Assembly: GCA_002269645.1 (NCBI GenBank)
Contig: NIVC01002622.1
Coordinates: forward strand, 1-64,000
Length of the DNA: 64,000 nt
Source of the DNA: Macrostomum lignano
Taxonomy: Eukaryota
Reading direction: 5' to 3'
Shown here: positions 26,203 through 37,900 of the stretch, one piece after another
Layout: each line of letters begins with the position of its first letter
Position numbering within the stretch: position 1 is the stretch's first letter
Program-made: the position numbers and the translations under genes
Notes under the pieces: generated by a model
What the model saw: only the letters and a program-made list of their open reading frames with translations
Told to the model about the DNA's origin: nothing
Databases searched by the model: none

Positions 26203-27025
26203 TGACTTATACAATAAAGAAATAAGTCTGAGAGGATCGCTAATCAGTTGCAAACGTTTCAAATGGTTTCGATTTCTTGAGAAATATGTAGATTTGTGGC
26301 TATCTACTCAGGGATTGTGCGAAACAGCGCTGGTGAACCATTTCTAAACTGCTAGTGAATCCTGCAAGTTTTTTTAATAAAAGCTATTTTTAAAGAGAAG
26401 ACAAACTCAATGAAAGAATGAATGAAAACAGAATCACCATGTCAACCAAAAAGAGAAGCGCCCTGTCGAGTATATGACTCATAGGGAATTGCTAAGGTGT
26501 CAAGACAAATGGAAGGAATCACTAAGAGTCGAGGCTTAAGGCGGAAATTGCTTAGATGTCAAGTCTGGAGGGGGGTAGATGAAATGCTGTGATTCTTGGG
26601 GAGAATCGCTGCGATTTCAAGCTTCATTTGGAAAATTCCTGAGATGTCAAGGCTCACGGGTGGGGCTTCTGGGATATCAAGGCTCATTGGGAAATTGCTT
26701 TACTGTCAAGGCTCATGGAAACAATTACTGAAATGCTGGGGCTGTTGGGGCAATTGCTAACATGTCAAGGCTTATGAACTGTGAACTGCTCAGTTGTTAG
26801 GTCTCATAGGGGAATATCTGGAATGCTTTGGATCAAGCCCGTGGGGAGCTACTGAGATGCCAAGACTTATGTGGGGAATTACTGAAATGCTTTTGCTCTT
26901 GGGGGAATGGCTGAAATGCTGAAGTTTCAGCAGGATTAAAGGGGGTTAAGTTAGGGCTAGGGTTAACCATGAAAAATCCCCTTGTCGACTGACTAAGAAG
27001 GTCTTATACATGGGGGAATTGCTAT

Positions 27026-27370
27026 TGCCCAGTGGTCTGGCGCGGCGCTCTGGTGTGCCAGCGGCCCAGGCTCGATTCCAAGTGCAGTCACATTAATTTG
27101 GGGCTTAATTGAAATCTCGGCTTGGCTCTGCTCGTGCTATTAACGGCCTTGAGGGCCAACCCCCCAGGGACAGTGAAGTTTACATGCCTAATGATAAATA
27201 AGGTTACGGCCGCTGTACACTCCTGTGTGAGTGTGTACCTGTGCGTATGACTGCGTACGTATCCCCGCGCTTGTGGGCCTGCTCAGGGGAGTCAGCGGAA
27301 TGGGCAGTAATGCCTCTCGCCGGTTGTGTGACAATGTCGCTTAAAGCGTGCCAGGATGCACAAGCCCCTA
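27026..27370 (+). mobile_element. tRNA-derived SINE (5' slightly truncated copy)
   Basis: Pol III A box (TAGCCCAGTGG in fuller copies) and B box GGCTCGATTCC at the 5' head. Homologous reverse-orientation copies at 44690-45064 and ~63313-63687. Confidence 0.72.
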
Positions 27371-28289
27371 CCTCTAATAAAATTCTGTGCCAAAACTTTT
27401 CATTTTCAAAGCGATTTGACAAGGATCTTTAAAACTGTTTAGAGATTATATTATAGATAAAAACGAAATTCTTGTTAGCTCAAAGCATCATCATAGCTTG
27501 TTTGATTGCTATACCAAGAATATAATTCGCCTTTTCAACATTAGACATGTGAAGCTCCTGAAAAAAAGCTTTGCAAATGAAATCACACTATCGCCACTGT
27601 TTGTCAATTCCACACTCTAAATTTACTCTGTGGAACCTGATTTAGATACTGCAGTTGGCTACTCATGCAGTTTTATACAGAATTATAGTTAAAATTGTTC
27701 GAATTCCGTTAGAGTCAGTTTTTCCCAATTCAAACCCAGGTTAAGCTTCATATTTGAGCAAAATTCAGATCCGGTTGTAAAACTCAAATAAGCAGCTATT
27801 TTACTTGTGAGAGTTGGCATCCGGCATCGAGTTGGTGCAACATGCAAACATTTATCTTGGCGACTGCAAACTCTGATATTTAACACCGATCCAGACGGTG
27901 CTGACTAAAAGTTTTCCCAGTGCGTTCAGTTTTTATGAACACAGCAAAGTGGAGAAACAATCTTATATTAAATTAAAAGTAGTCTGCTAAATCGTTAATC
28001 ACATTCGGCTCATAATTATTCACTTTTCAGACTATAAACGCTGGATTTTCTGAAAAGCTCTCCGATATTTCTTATATTCCTGTTCTCTGACCGGAAATCG
28101 ACTTCTTCATTGGTTGGTTATATGGATTCGTTGCCTGAACGGCAAGGGGACCCTGCAAATTGCTGTGGCTCATGGGGGAATTGCTGAGATGCCAAGGCTC
28201 ATGTGGGGAATTGCTGAGATTCCAAGGCTCATGGGGGGAATCGCTGACACGTCAAGGCTTACTGGGGGAATTGCTGACAGGTCAAGGGG

Positions 28290-28665
28290 AATTGCTTTTC
28301 ACCTTCTGGTCCTCCGTAAAGGTATGGTGCACCCATCGGGCACATCGCTTGGAGGCTCCAGCTTGTCGTGCAGGATGGTGGCATCCGCTGCCGATGCAGT
28401 GCTCAGCAGGTTACTTGCCGGTCCTCATCAATCATTCTCTGGACGGTTCTGTTCGGTGACAGCAGAAGCTGCGCGTCTCGTCCGAGACTCGTCATCAAGG
28501 CTGCTTCGCCCCCCTTAAACTCACTGTACCACCGAGAAACCAGCTGTGGCACGTGAAGGGGCTTAGTCACTAAAAGCAGCACGCATACTTTTAATGCACT
28601 ACTCCTGTGTGAGACCTTTTCGCGGGTCGTAAAAGGTCATGGCACGGAAGGTTTTTTTTGCAAAG
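28290..28665 (-). pseudogene. Mariner-like (Tc1/mariner) transposase N-terminal fragment, degenerate and truncated
   Basis: Manual translation with stops/frameshifts: AMTFYD.RKGLTQE*CIKSMRAAFSD*APSRAT..RWYSEFK.G......R....VTE...MIDEDRQV....TILHDKL...CARWVHHTFTEDQK. This matches the mariner HTH region and the WVPHEL-type motif. Confidence 0.8.
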
Positions 28666-29916
28666 TGCCGTTCAGCCTACTTAGTTTTTTTCACAATAAG
28701 AGTAGCCAGTGTAGAATGTACATGTAACTCATATGCTACAATTTTCTCAGAATGCGTGATTGTGCACTGTCTCTAAATTCCGTGCCTTGGGCTAGTAAAA
28801 TTCCTAATTTGTCAAGCAAGCGGAAGCGGTCCAATTAATGCAAATTTTAAATCATCTGGACTGTTCCACTTATTCGCTTGTATTAGATTTTCGTGTGCGA
28901 AATGGCATTTAAATTTCAGGATTTTAAACTTTCAGGATTGCCAAGAACAAGCCATTACAATATCGCAGTCAACACGGGACGTCAGCGATAATCCCATCCT
29001 GGGAAAGGATGGTGATGCACACTAAAACTAATATGAGCTTTAACGGGGTCTTTGAGTGGTGGATCTGGAAAGGAGGCTGCTCACTTTTGGTGTCTGGTTC
29101 TGGAACCGACTTAACAGTAGAAAGACCACGCTATTTTCCCTCATGGGGAAAGACCACGGAGGGTGTAATACAAATACACACGACCCATTTCACGATAGCT
29201 CGCAAACTGAATTACCGATTTTCGTCAAAGTCCACCATATGGATCCAAATTTTCCGCTTTTTCCGACAAACTAACTTTTAAAGTCATCCGACGTCAGCAT
29301 CGTCAAGATATTCAACGATTCTTGTCGAAGACACTGGTGGCAACGACAACCAACACTACACTGTACGTTACGAGTATGATGAATCCATATTGGCTCAATA
29401 ATTTGGGTCCATCTGTCGCAGAGGCCTTTTTTCTCAGCATCCCAGGAACTAGGGTCCCCTTCATCACCGTCTGGAGCATCGGCGGCGACCGTCGGGACCT
29501 TCAACAAAAGCACCCGATCGGTATCTCAGAGACGGCTGCGTTCCCAAAACTGAAGAGGAACAATCCTCTTCTGCATGCAGCATTCAGTCAGTAGACATAA
29601 TCGGTGAATGAAATGGACGATGGTGACCCTCTAGGCTGACCTGTGACATACAGGCGACCTTCGGGACCTTTAAGGGAGGCCACCACGCGGCCCCGACGAG
29701 CTGACACCGCCAACATCGTGATTTTTCTATCAAGGCACAAAACCAGGCATGTCTGCGTGTTATACAGTGCTTTTGCACCTTGTTAAATCGGAGAGTTACA
29801 GATTTAATAAGTGACCGAAAAATATAAAAGAATAAATTTTGTCAAAAATGATATTACAGAAAATTCAGAGCAGAAGGATCTGAACACCGACACAAAAGCG
29901 GAGTCAATCGTCACTA

Positions 29917-31185
29917 TTTAATTTGATGCACAGCGTGCGCAGTAATGGTGACTCACTGTCTCTTCCATGGCAGTGTCTTCGGCAAATTCCTTCGTCACAA
30001 ATGCAACACTTCCTTGTTGTCGCACTCAAAGCTTCTCGTCTTTTGACTTTTGTCTCGCGCATGTTGCACAGCGCTTTCTGCCACCAACTGACACCACAGC
30101 CACCGCTTCGCGTGCCTGTTCCTTCATTTGCTCGTCATTGATTTGACAACCTGCGAGCTGGAACATCAGCCGGTCATGATTGGACAGATTCTGAAGAAGA
30201 GCGGCCGATTGCGAGCGCTCCTCGATCAGAGGTTGCAGAAGTTGCGCAGCTGCCTTGCGCTGGAACTCGTTGCGATAGTTCGGCGAGGCGCAGAGCTCCG
30301 GGTGCGCCAGTCTCCAAATAGCAGCGGCATTCACAGCTGCTATGTTGAGTACGCCGCCGGAGAAATTGCCTTTTCACATGAGTCGGATTTTCGCTAGCAG
30401 TCGGATGTGCGGAAAATCCTGTTGCATGCAGGTGTCCGTGCCGCTCTTGGTAGAATTGTACGAGTAGTACATGCCTATTGCTACAGGCTTGCTATTGGGA
30501 AGCAATTGTCTGTCGTGATGCATGGTGGACAGCAACCTCCCGTTTCGGCCCGCCTTGGGGCAGTAAGACACGCACGTGAGCTCCTCAGAAAACCGGAATT
30601 CGCTCGTGTGTGGAGTCATGGTTTGAGCTGAATTCTTGAGATCGGCTGGCAGGCCACCACGAGTGCGCATCACTGTTCCAAGAAACGTGAATCTCATTTC
30701 TCGGTACAAGTGATTGGCCAGCGCAGGACTCGAGAAGAATCTGTCACATATGATGCTGTACCAGTGTCATTTGAATGGATCAGCCAAGCGGCAAACAACT
30801 TACTCACCACTCCACACCTCTGAGCCCTCGGCCAGCCGAGCATCAAATCCCTGTGATGCAAAAGTAGTGGACAGCAGTGTTCCTTTGCCAGTACAGATTT
30901 CCGCATTGAACACATAACGGATGTCCATGTCACCCTGAATCTCTGGATTCCCAGCCGATGTCAGTAGGAACAGCTTGGCACCTTTGCGACCGGGCTTCTC
31001 ATCAGAAAGACCGTGAAGTCACAGTTCACACCCCAGTAAACAACCAGAATTTCGTCGACGCAGAGGTACGGCCAGGAAAGAACAGGATGGCGCAGCTGAC
31101 TGACAAAAGTGTCCTACAGGCGTCGGATGCCGTAGAGCTTGTCCGCTGCGGCAGTCCGCTGACGATGTTCGGCAGTTTCGAATTT
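29917..31185 (-). pseudogene. piggyBac (PGBD4-like, DDE_Tnp_1_7) transposase pseudogene lacking the N-terminus
   Basis: Frameshifted segments DKLYGIRR, YLCVDEILV, ICDRFFSSPALA..L....FLGTV, LTCVSYCPK..LLSTMHHD..KP...YNSTKSGTDT, and a C-terminal Cys-rich RKRCATC...YCARC. Confidence 0.88.
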
Positions 31186-31399
31186 AACATGGTGCAAAAG
31201 CACTGTATAATACACAGACCTGCCTGGTTTGGTGCCTTGATTGGAAAATCACGATGTTGGGGGTGCCAGTTCGTCAGGGCCGCGTGGTGGCACTCCGTTG
31301 AAAGTCCCGAAGGTCGCCTATATGTCTACAGGTCAGCCTAGAGGGTCACCATCGTCCATTTCATTCACCGATTATGTCTACTGACTGAATGCTGCATGC

Positions 31400-31622
31400 T
31401 TTATCAGCTCATGCGCTACCTTCGGACCACCCGCAGGGCTGAACTCTCCTTTCCAGAGAGCACTATAGCTGCTGGCGACACTGGGGGACCTCCCTGGGCG
31501 GCGCCAACCCTCCGTCCATAGCGACGCGTCGGCCGTTCAGGGACTAGCGGAATGGGCGCCCGCGCCTTCCCGCTGTGTCCCCTCCGGGACAGCCCTGCAG
31601 CTAAGTCAAAAAAGTAAATCAA
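31400..31622 (+). mobile_element. 223-bp retroposed insertion (probable 5'-truncated LINE/SINE 3' end) in the piggyBac arm
   Basis: 13-bp direct repeat GAATGCTGCATGC at 31387-31399 and 31623-31635. The insert is absent from the other arm and from the MITE. A-rich 3' end. Confidence 0.7.
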
Positions 31623-32280
31623 GAATGCTGCATGCAGAAGAGGTTTGTTCCACTTCAGTTTTGGAAACGCAGCCGTCTCTGAGATACCGATCGGGTGCTT
31701 TTGTTGAAGGTCCCGACGGTCGCCGCCGATGCTCCAGACGGTGATGAAGGGGACCCTGGGGCCTGGGATGCTGAGAGCAAACGTCCCTGCGACTGATATG
31801 CATAGTTTTTTGAGCCGACGTCGTTTCATGATGAGATTTTGTGAGCAGAAAAATTGTTGTTGGTTTTTTCCACCAGACGCCCCGAGGAAAATCGTTGAAT
31901 ATCTCGACGATGCCGATCTTTTGTGATTCTCGAAGTTGCTTTATCAGATAGAGGGGAAATTTGAGCCCGTGTTCTGGATTTTCATGGCAATTGGTTGAAT
32001 ATTCTTGGAGATATAGACAAAGTAAAAATGTGTGTATTTGAAAGAATTGTCATACGCATTAATGGATGAATGAATGAAAATGGCACTGTCAGTTAGTTCA
32101 GTTTGAGTGCATATAATTATGTAGCCTTGTCAAATTGAGTTGGCTTCACTTCACGTCCATATCGTGTAATGTATTTTGTTCCACCAGATTTTCCAGAATC
32201 CAGCTGAGAATTGTGTACTGTATCGGATGCACGAGCGTCTGAGCTGGAAGTCTGAATCGTTCCATTGTTAGAATCCTGAT

Positions 32281-32705
32281 TTAGTATAGTTGAATCCTTG
32301 AATACTCTGGTATGGTCTGCATTCTGCGGTCTGTATTGCGCTTTGCCAGAAATCTGCGATTTCGTCTGAATTCACGACCAGCTGTAGCAGTTCGAACTTT
32401 GTATGACCTGTCTGGGTCAGTGACATCGGGTTTCACGATTTCTGCAGGGATCCATTGTCTTCGATCTTCTTGCATCCACACCTGATCTCCTTCTTTAAAC
32501 GGTCGCAGGTCTCGTGCAGTGCGATTGTAGTAGAATGCCTGTTTACTGTTCTTCTCTGCCAAAATCTTTAGTTCACGTTTTGTCCAGACTTGTCTTGGTT
32601 TCAGCTGTTCAATGGGCAGTGGCAGTTGATATCTGAGCTTTCGTCCCATCACTAGCTCAGCCGGTGTCGGTAGCCCTCTTTCAATTGGCGTATTGGCGTA
32701 AAAAA
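32281..32705 (-). pseudogene. Ty3/Gypsy pol integrase C-terminal fragment
   Basis: NTP....PTPAELVMGRKLR..LP, QAFYYNRTARDLRPFKEGDQVW, W.PA.I, DRSYKV.T..G.EFRRNRRFL are typical of Gypsy (K02A2.6-like) integrase C-termini. The upstream part is cut by a MITE. Confidence 0.85.
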
Positions 32706-32717
32706 GAGAAGGAGAGA

Positions 32718-33124
32718 GAGGTTTGCCCGCCGGGATTTGCCCGCAGTGCTTTTTTCCTGCAGCGCATTTGGCAGCTAGATTCTGTCTCCAATGCCCCCCC
32801 CCCTCAAAAATATGCATTTAATATACAGTTACTATCAAAACGTTTTGATTGTGTAAATCTCTTTATTAACGCAATGCAGACAAAATCTGCCGCCTGGCCA
32901 AATGCGCTGCAGGAAAAAGCATTGCGGGCAAACCTCGGCGGGCAATTCACTCGCGGGCAATTCGCTCGCGGGCAATTCACTCGCGGGCAATTCGCTCGCG
33001 GGCAAATCACTCGCGGGCAAATCACTCGCGGGCAAATCACTCGCGGGCAATTCACTCGCGGGCAATTCACTCGTGGGAAAATTGCACTGCGGGCAAATCT
33101 CGGCGGGCATATCTCATGGACCTG
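32718..33124. mobile_element. Second foldback MITE copy with 15-bp array CTCGCGGGCAATTCA in the right arm; left arm truncated
   Basis: Homologous to 24834-25297 in opposite orientation. Confidence 0.75.
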
Positions 33125-33466
33125 ATATTCGATTCTGTGTTGGAAGTGGCCAAAAGTATGAAAATTCTCGAATTTTCAACTGATTCAAACATTGCGCAAC
33201 CAATTGCGAAAATTGTATTATCAATTTATTTATTTATTTAGTAAATACGTATCTCAAATGAAAGAGAATTCAAAGGCAAGACCAGTCATTTTCTGGATCC
33301 CTTGGCTACTTCCTTCAGTTCCTCTTGGCCCTGTCTCTTTATTCTTATAGCTGACGGCATTTTAATGCTTTTGGTTGCAGCGCCAGCAGCAGTTTAAGTC
33401 TTGGGATTGCGGCAAACTCGGAATTTCGATCAGATCGACGATAAAGTGAAACGGTAAACACTAAAA

Positions 33467-34413
33467 CAGGGATTGGCAAACTCCGGCCTGAGGGCCAGAT
33501 GTGGCCTGCAAAGCCTCTATATCCGGGTCTTGGGTCCTTTGAATCTTCACAATAGCAATCCGGCCCGCTCAAGGTTTGCGTCTCTTCTCAGCTCTCTTCC
33601 CTCACCTCTCTCTTCTCATATTCTCCTGTCCTGTCCTCTCCTCTCTCCTGTCCTCTCCTCTCCTCTCCTCTCTTCTCTCCTCTCCTCTCCTCTCTCCTTT
33701 CCTCTCCTCTCCTCTCCTCTCCTTTCCTCTCATCTCCTCACCTCTCTCCTTTCCTCTCATCTCCTCACCTCTCTCCTTTCCTCTCATCTCCTCACCTCTC
33801 TCCTTTCCTCTCCTCTCCTCACCTCTCCTCACCTCTCTTCTCTCTTCTCCTCTCATCTCCTCACCACTCTCCTTTCCTCTCCTCTCCTCATCTCTCTCCT
33901 TTCCTCTCCTCTCCTCACCTCTCTCCTTTCCTCTCATCTCCTCACCTCTCTCCTTTCCTCTCCTCTCCTCACCTCTCTCCTCTCCTCTCCTCTCCTCATC
34001 TCTCTCCTTTCCTCTCCTCTCCTCACCTCTCTCCTCTCCTCTCCTCTCCTCATCTCTCTCCTTTCCTCTCCTCTCCTCACCTCTCTCCTCTCCTCTCATC
34101 TCCTCACCTCTCTCCTCTCCTCTCATCTCTCCTCTCCTCTCCTCTCTCTTATATTTCGACTCTCCTCTCCTCATTCATCTCCCCTCTCCTCTCTCCTCTC
34201 CTATTTTATCTCTCTTCTCTTTTATTTATTCGCCTCTCCTTTCTTCTATACTCGTATTTCTCTTCACTATTCCCTATCCTCTCTCCCTATAGGCCGCAGT
34301 CATCAGGGACTCCTGGGTGCGTTTCTTTTAGGGGGCCCAGCGAAGCGGACCCAGAAGGGCAGATAGCGCTGTTCTCAATCTGGCCCTTGAGGTAAAAAGT
34401 TTGCTGACCCCTG
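33467..34413. mobile_element. hAT (Charlie/MER58-like) MITE carrying a CT-rich repeat
   Basis: TIRs CAGGGATTGGCAAACT / CAGGGGTCAGCAAACT (reverse complement); 8-bp TSD CACTAAAA / CACTAAAG (7/8). Confidence 0.78.
33595..34290. repeat. Polypyrimidine (TCCTC/CTCTC)-based repeat with ~22-27 bp higher-order units
   Basis: Direct inspection; almost no G on + strand. Confidence 0.95.
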
Positions 34414-34937
34414 CACTAAAGCACTAGAGCTTAGGCACATTAGATAAAACTGGAGTGGAATGGGATTGCGAACAACATGAACGATTAAATCAGCTGGTAC
34501 CCTTAGCTTCCAAGACTCAGAAAAGCCAAAGCCCAAAACCAGTCGACATTTGTTTAAATTCAAAAAGGGCACTTGCTGGATCATGCTAAAAAGTGTGGGG
34601 GGCTCAAACCCATGCCCCCCCCCCCCCGGTTCCGACACCCCTGTAGAAAGCCACTGGATTTAGGAAGTCATCGTTCATAATCTTTATGCTAAAACTTCAT
34701 TGAACTTTCATTTGCCTTTGCAGAAGCAATGCTGATCGTTTCGTTGACTGAGTTCATTCAACACGTTCAAGGATGCTATGCTTCAGTTTTTTAAGCCAAT
34801 TGTAATTCGCCTCCATTTTGATTGGTTTAGAAACCTTGCATTTAAGATTTGGCCACGTCGCATTTCCGATTTCCTTGCAAGCAACAAAACTGCATTTTCT
34901 AAATAATTTCTTCAAATAGCTGGGATAAATTTGAAAA

Positions 34938-37900
34938 ATGAAAACGTTGAATTTAATTCTGCTTCTGCTTTTCTGCTCCCAGTTCGCTGAAAATGTGCTT
35001 GGTAAGAATTGATTCGATTTAGAAAAGCTGTACTTTTTGTCTCAGAACTCTGTTATTAGTGAACTGCTATTAGTAGACTGCTATTAGTAGACTGCTATTA
35101 GTAGACTGCTATTAGTAGACTGCTATTAGTAGACTGCTATTAGTAGACTGCTATTAGTAGACTGCTATTAGTAGACTGCTATTCGAATATAGGTATAACG
35201 CCTATTGATTTCAACTCTGTATTTTATGAATCCGTGCTTTTAATAGCCTAACATAGAGTATAATTTGTTAGACTTGACCAGAGTTAGGCTAAATTGGAAA
35301 ATGTTCCGTCAAATGTCTGCAGGTGCCGAGAAAATCACCGTTCCCAAAAACAAGCCTGCTAAGCAGTCTTCGAAGTTCCACTCAAACGACGACCCAGACC
35401 TGGCCAACAACGGCAACACCGGCGGCTCCCTTGTGCGCCTGTCGAACTGCTTCGAATGCGCGAACAACGACCCGCTACCCTGGTGGATGGTTGACATGGG
35501 CGAGATCTACTTTGTCCACCAGGTGAAGGTGTGGAACAGAATCAACTGCTGTGCTGACCGGTTTCGGCAGGTTAGCGTTGGTAAGTTGCTGCTGCGAAGC
35601 TTAGATTGCTGCATGGCTTTGAGATAGATCGATCGGGCAAAAAACTACAGTAAATAGAGAAAAATTTACTGGTGTTGTATCAAGAAATGTTTTGCTAAGC
35701 AAAAGCAAGCTACAGGGAAACGATGAAAATACATTTTTGTTAACGCTTCATGTTCAACAATATAAACGGAGATCTAGAACACTCAGATTTACTCAAACTC
35801 AGAAACATTGCACAAACAATAAAATACTCGTATTTATATTCAATCAGAAAATGTTTGTGGAATTCCCAAATATGTGCCAAAAAGACTTTTGATAGGGCAT
35901 TACATTACTTTGCAGCAGAGGGCTTTCAGGGATGAAATGCTATATGTATTTGAGCTGTAAATGGATGCTTGTAAGAGGCCCCTTTCATGTAGGAACACGT
36001 GCGATGGTCTACAATTGTGGTAGCATTGTCCATGCATGTTGCCGATTCTCTGTACGGGGTCCGAATTCGGGCTTCAAAGCAGCTTATCCATGACGAGCTT
36101 CACGATCTGAGCTTCAGGGGCTGAGGACTCCACCTTGCAGTCCACCTTTCTGGACCTCAACAGAACGAGAGTGTCCCAGGAGGTGCAAGGTGGCAGTCCG
36201 ATGGGAGAACATGATGTACATGATCAAGCGAGTGAGTTGCTCGTGCGGGCCACTTGATTAAAAAAAGCACGTTATCCAAGGTACCAATTTTTTTCGTAAA
36301 AACGACTGTCGAGCACCGTGCGTTTCAATTTGTTGACAATGGCGTGCAATGCGATTTCGATAGAACGGTCCAGACCGAAAGACGTGCCGGTTGCAGGAGG
36401 GGGGAAACGCCAGAGCCCATCCGTTCTATCAGTTTAACAGTAGAAAGACCACGCTATTTTTCCACATGGGGAAAGACCATGGGATCCCGGCTCGTCAGGG
36501 CCGCGTGGTGGCACTCCGTTGAATTCGAAGGTCCCGAAGGTCGTCCAGACAGAGCTGAATGCTGAACATGGTGCAGGACCATTGTATAATACGCAGACAT
36601 GCCTGGTTTGGTCCTTGATAGAAAAATCACGATGTTGGCGGTGTCAGCTCGTCGGGGCCGCGTGGTTGCCCTCCCTTAAAGGTCCCGAAGGTCGCCTATA
36701 TGTCTACAGGTCAGCCTAGAGGGTCGCCATCGTCCATTTCATTCACCGATTATGTCTACTGACTGAATGCTACATGCAGAAGAGGATTGTTCCACTTCAG
36801 TTTTGGAAACGCAGCCGTCTCTGCGATACCGATCGGGTGCTTTTGTTGAAGGTCCCGACGGTCGCCGCCGATGCTCCAGACGGTGATGAAGGGAGGGGAC
36901 CCTGGTGTCTTAGATGCTGAGAGCAAACGTCCCTGCGACTGATATGCATAGTTTTTTTAGTGCTTTCATGATGAGATTTTGTGAGCAGAAATTTTTTTGC
37001 CAATGTTGTTGGTTTTTTTCCACCAGACACCCCGAGGAGAATCGCTGAATATCTCGACGATGCCGATTTTTCGTGATTCTCGAAGTTGCTTCATCAAATA
37101 GATCGGAAATTTTTAGCCCGTGATCTGGATTTTCATGGAAATTGGTTGAATATTCTTGGAGATATAGACAAAGGAAAAATTGGTGTATTTGAAATACACC
37201 CCATGGTCTTTCTACTGTTATAGGCGATAACGCTAGGGAGGATCGATAGAGAGAAATACAGTACAAGCGCATAAAACACTGCACAAGGCGAGTATGCGTG
37301 TAATGTGATGAGTCAGAGACTCTAAGAAGAACAGATTGGTGTTCGCTGGTGTCAGATTGATATTGCAGGAAGCTTTGGCAGAGTGTTAGCCTCCCTTCCA
37401 TGGTTTGAGATAAAGACAATCGTGGCTTCCTGCCAGCCACGGTTGCTGAGGAGGTCGAGGAACCTGTCATTTTCACTGCTGTTGCTGCTTGAAGATTTTT
37501 TCAAGAGTCGAAGAGTTTACTGCAAATAAAATCCTCTCCATATTCCAGGTGTGGCTAAAAATCCCATCGTATGGACGTCCTTCAACCAGGACCTGTTCGA
37601 ACGCTGCGACTACTGGCCCGGGGTGGCCACGGTGGCTGACAATCCCATCGTGTTCACCTGCCCCAGCCCCATCGGAGGCAGGTACCTGGCCGTGTACAAG
37701 AACACCAGCGGACTGAGCGACGGCAGTGCCAGGCTGCACTTTTGCGAGGCTGACATCCTTGCAGGTTAGATGGGCCTTTGTAGCTTTGGTAGCTGCACTT
37801 TTGCGAGGCTGAAATCCTGGCAGGTTAGATGGGCCTTTGTAGCTTTGGTAGCTGCACTTTTGCGAGGCTGAAATCCTGGAAGGTTAGATGGGCCTTTGTA

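Larger units (their letters stand above)
29115..32042 (-). mobile_element. Degenerate piggyBac-family element with long (~650 bp) inverted arms (29115-29782 vs ~31185-32042) around a transposase remnant; right terminus truncated
   Basis: TTAA (29111-29114) precedes terminus CAGTAGAAAGACCACG. 29440-29780 is reverse-complementary to 31185-31400 + 31623-31790. The same terminus bounds the 36438-37217 MITE. Confidence 0.7.

Noticed and set aside
33473-34366. LLSS / ERRGE repeat proteins
   Set aside because: Translations of the CT-rich tract inside a MITE.
37489-37716. Alternative-frame ORF VWLKIPSYGR... (also 45976, 55004) and donor use at CAG|GTTAG in exon 2
   Set aside because: Only the GTTG|GTAAGT donor keeps phase with the FTL frame (AKNP...GRYLAV...CEADI); the other frame lacks conserved motifs.
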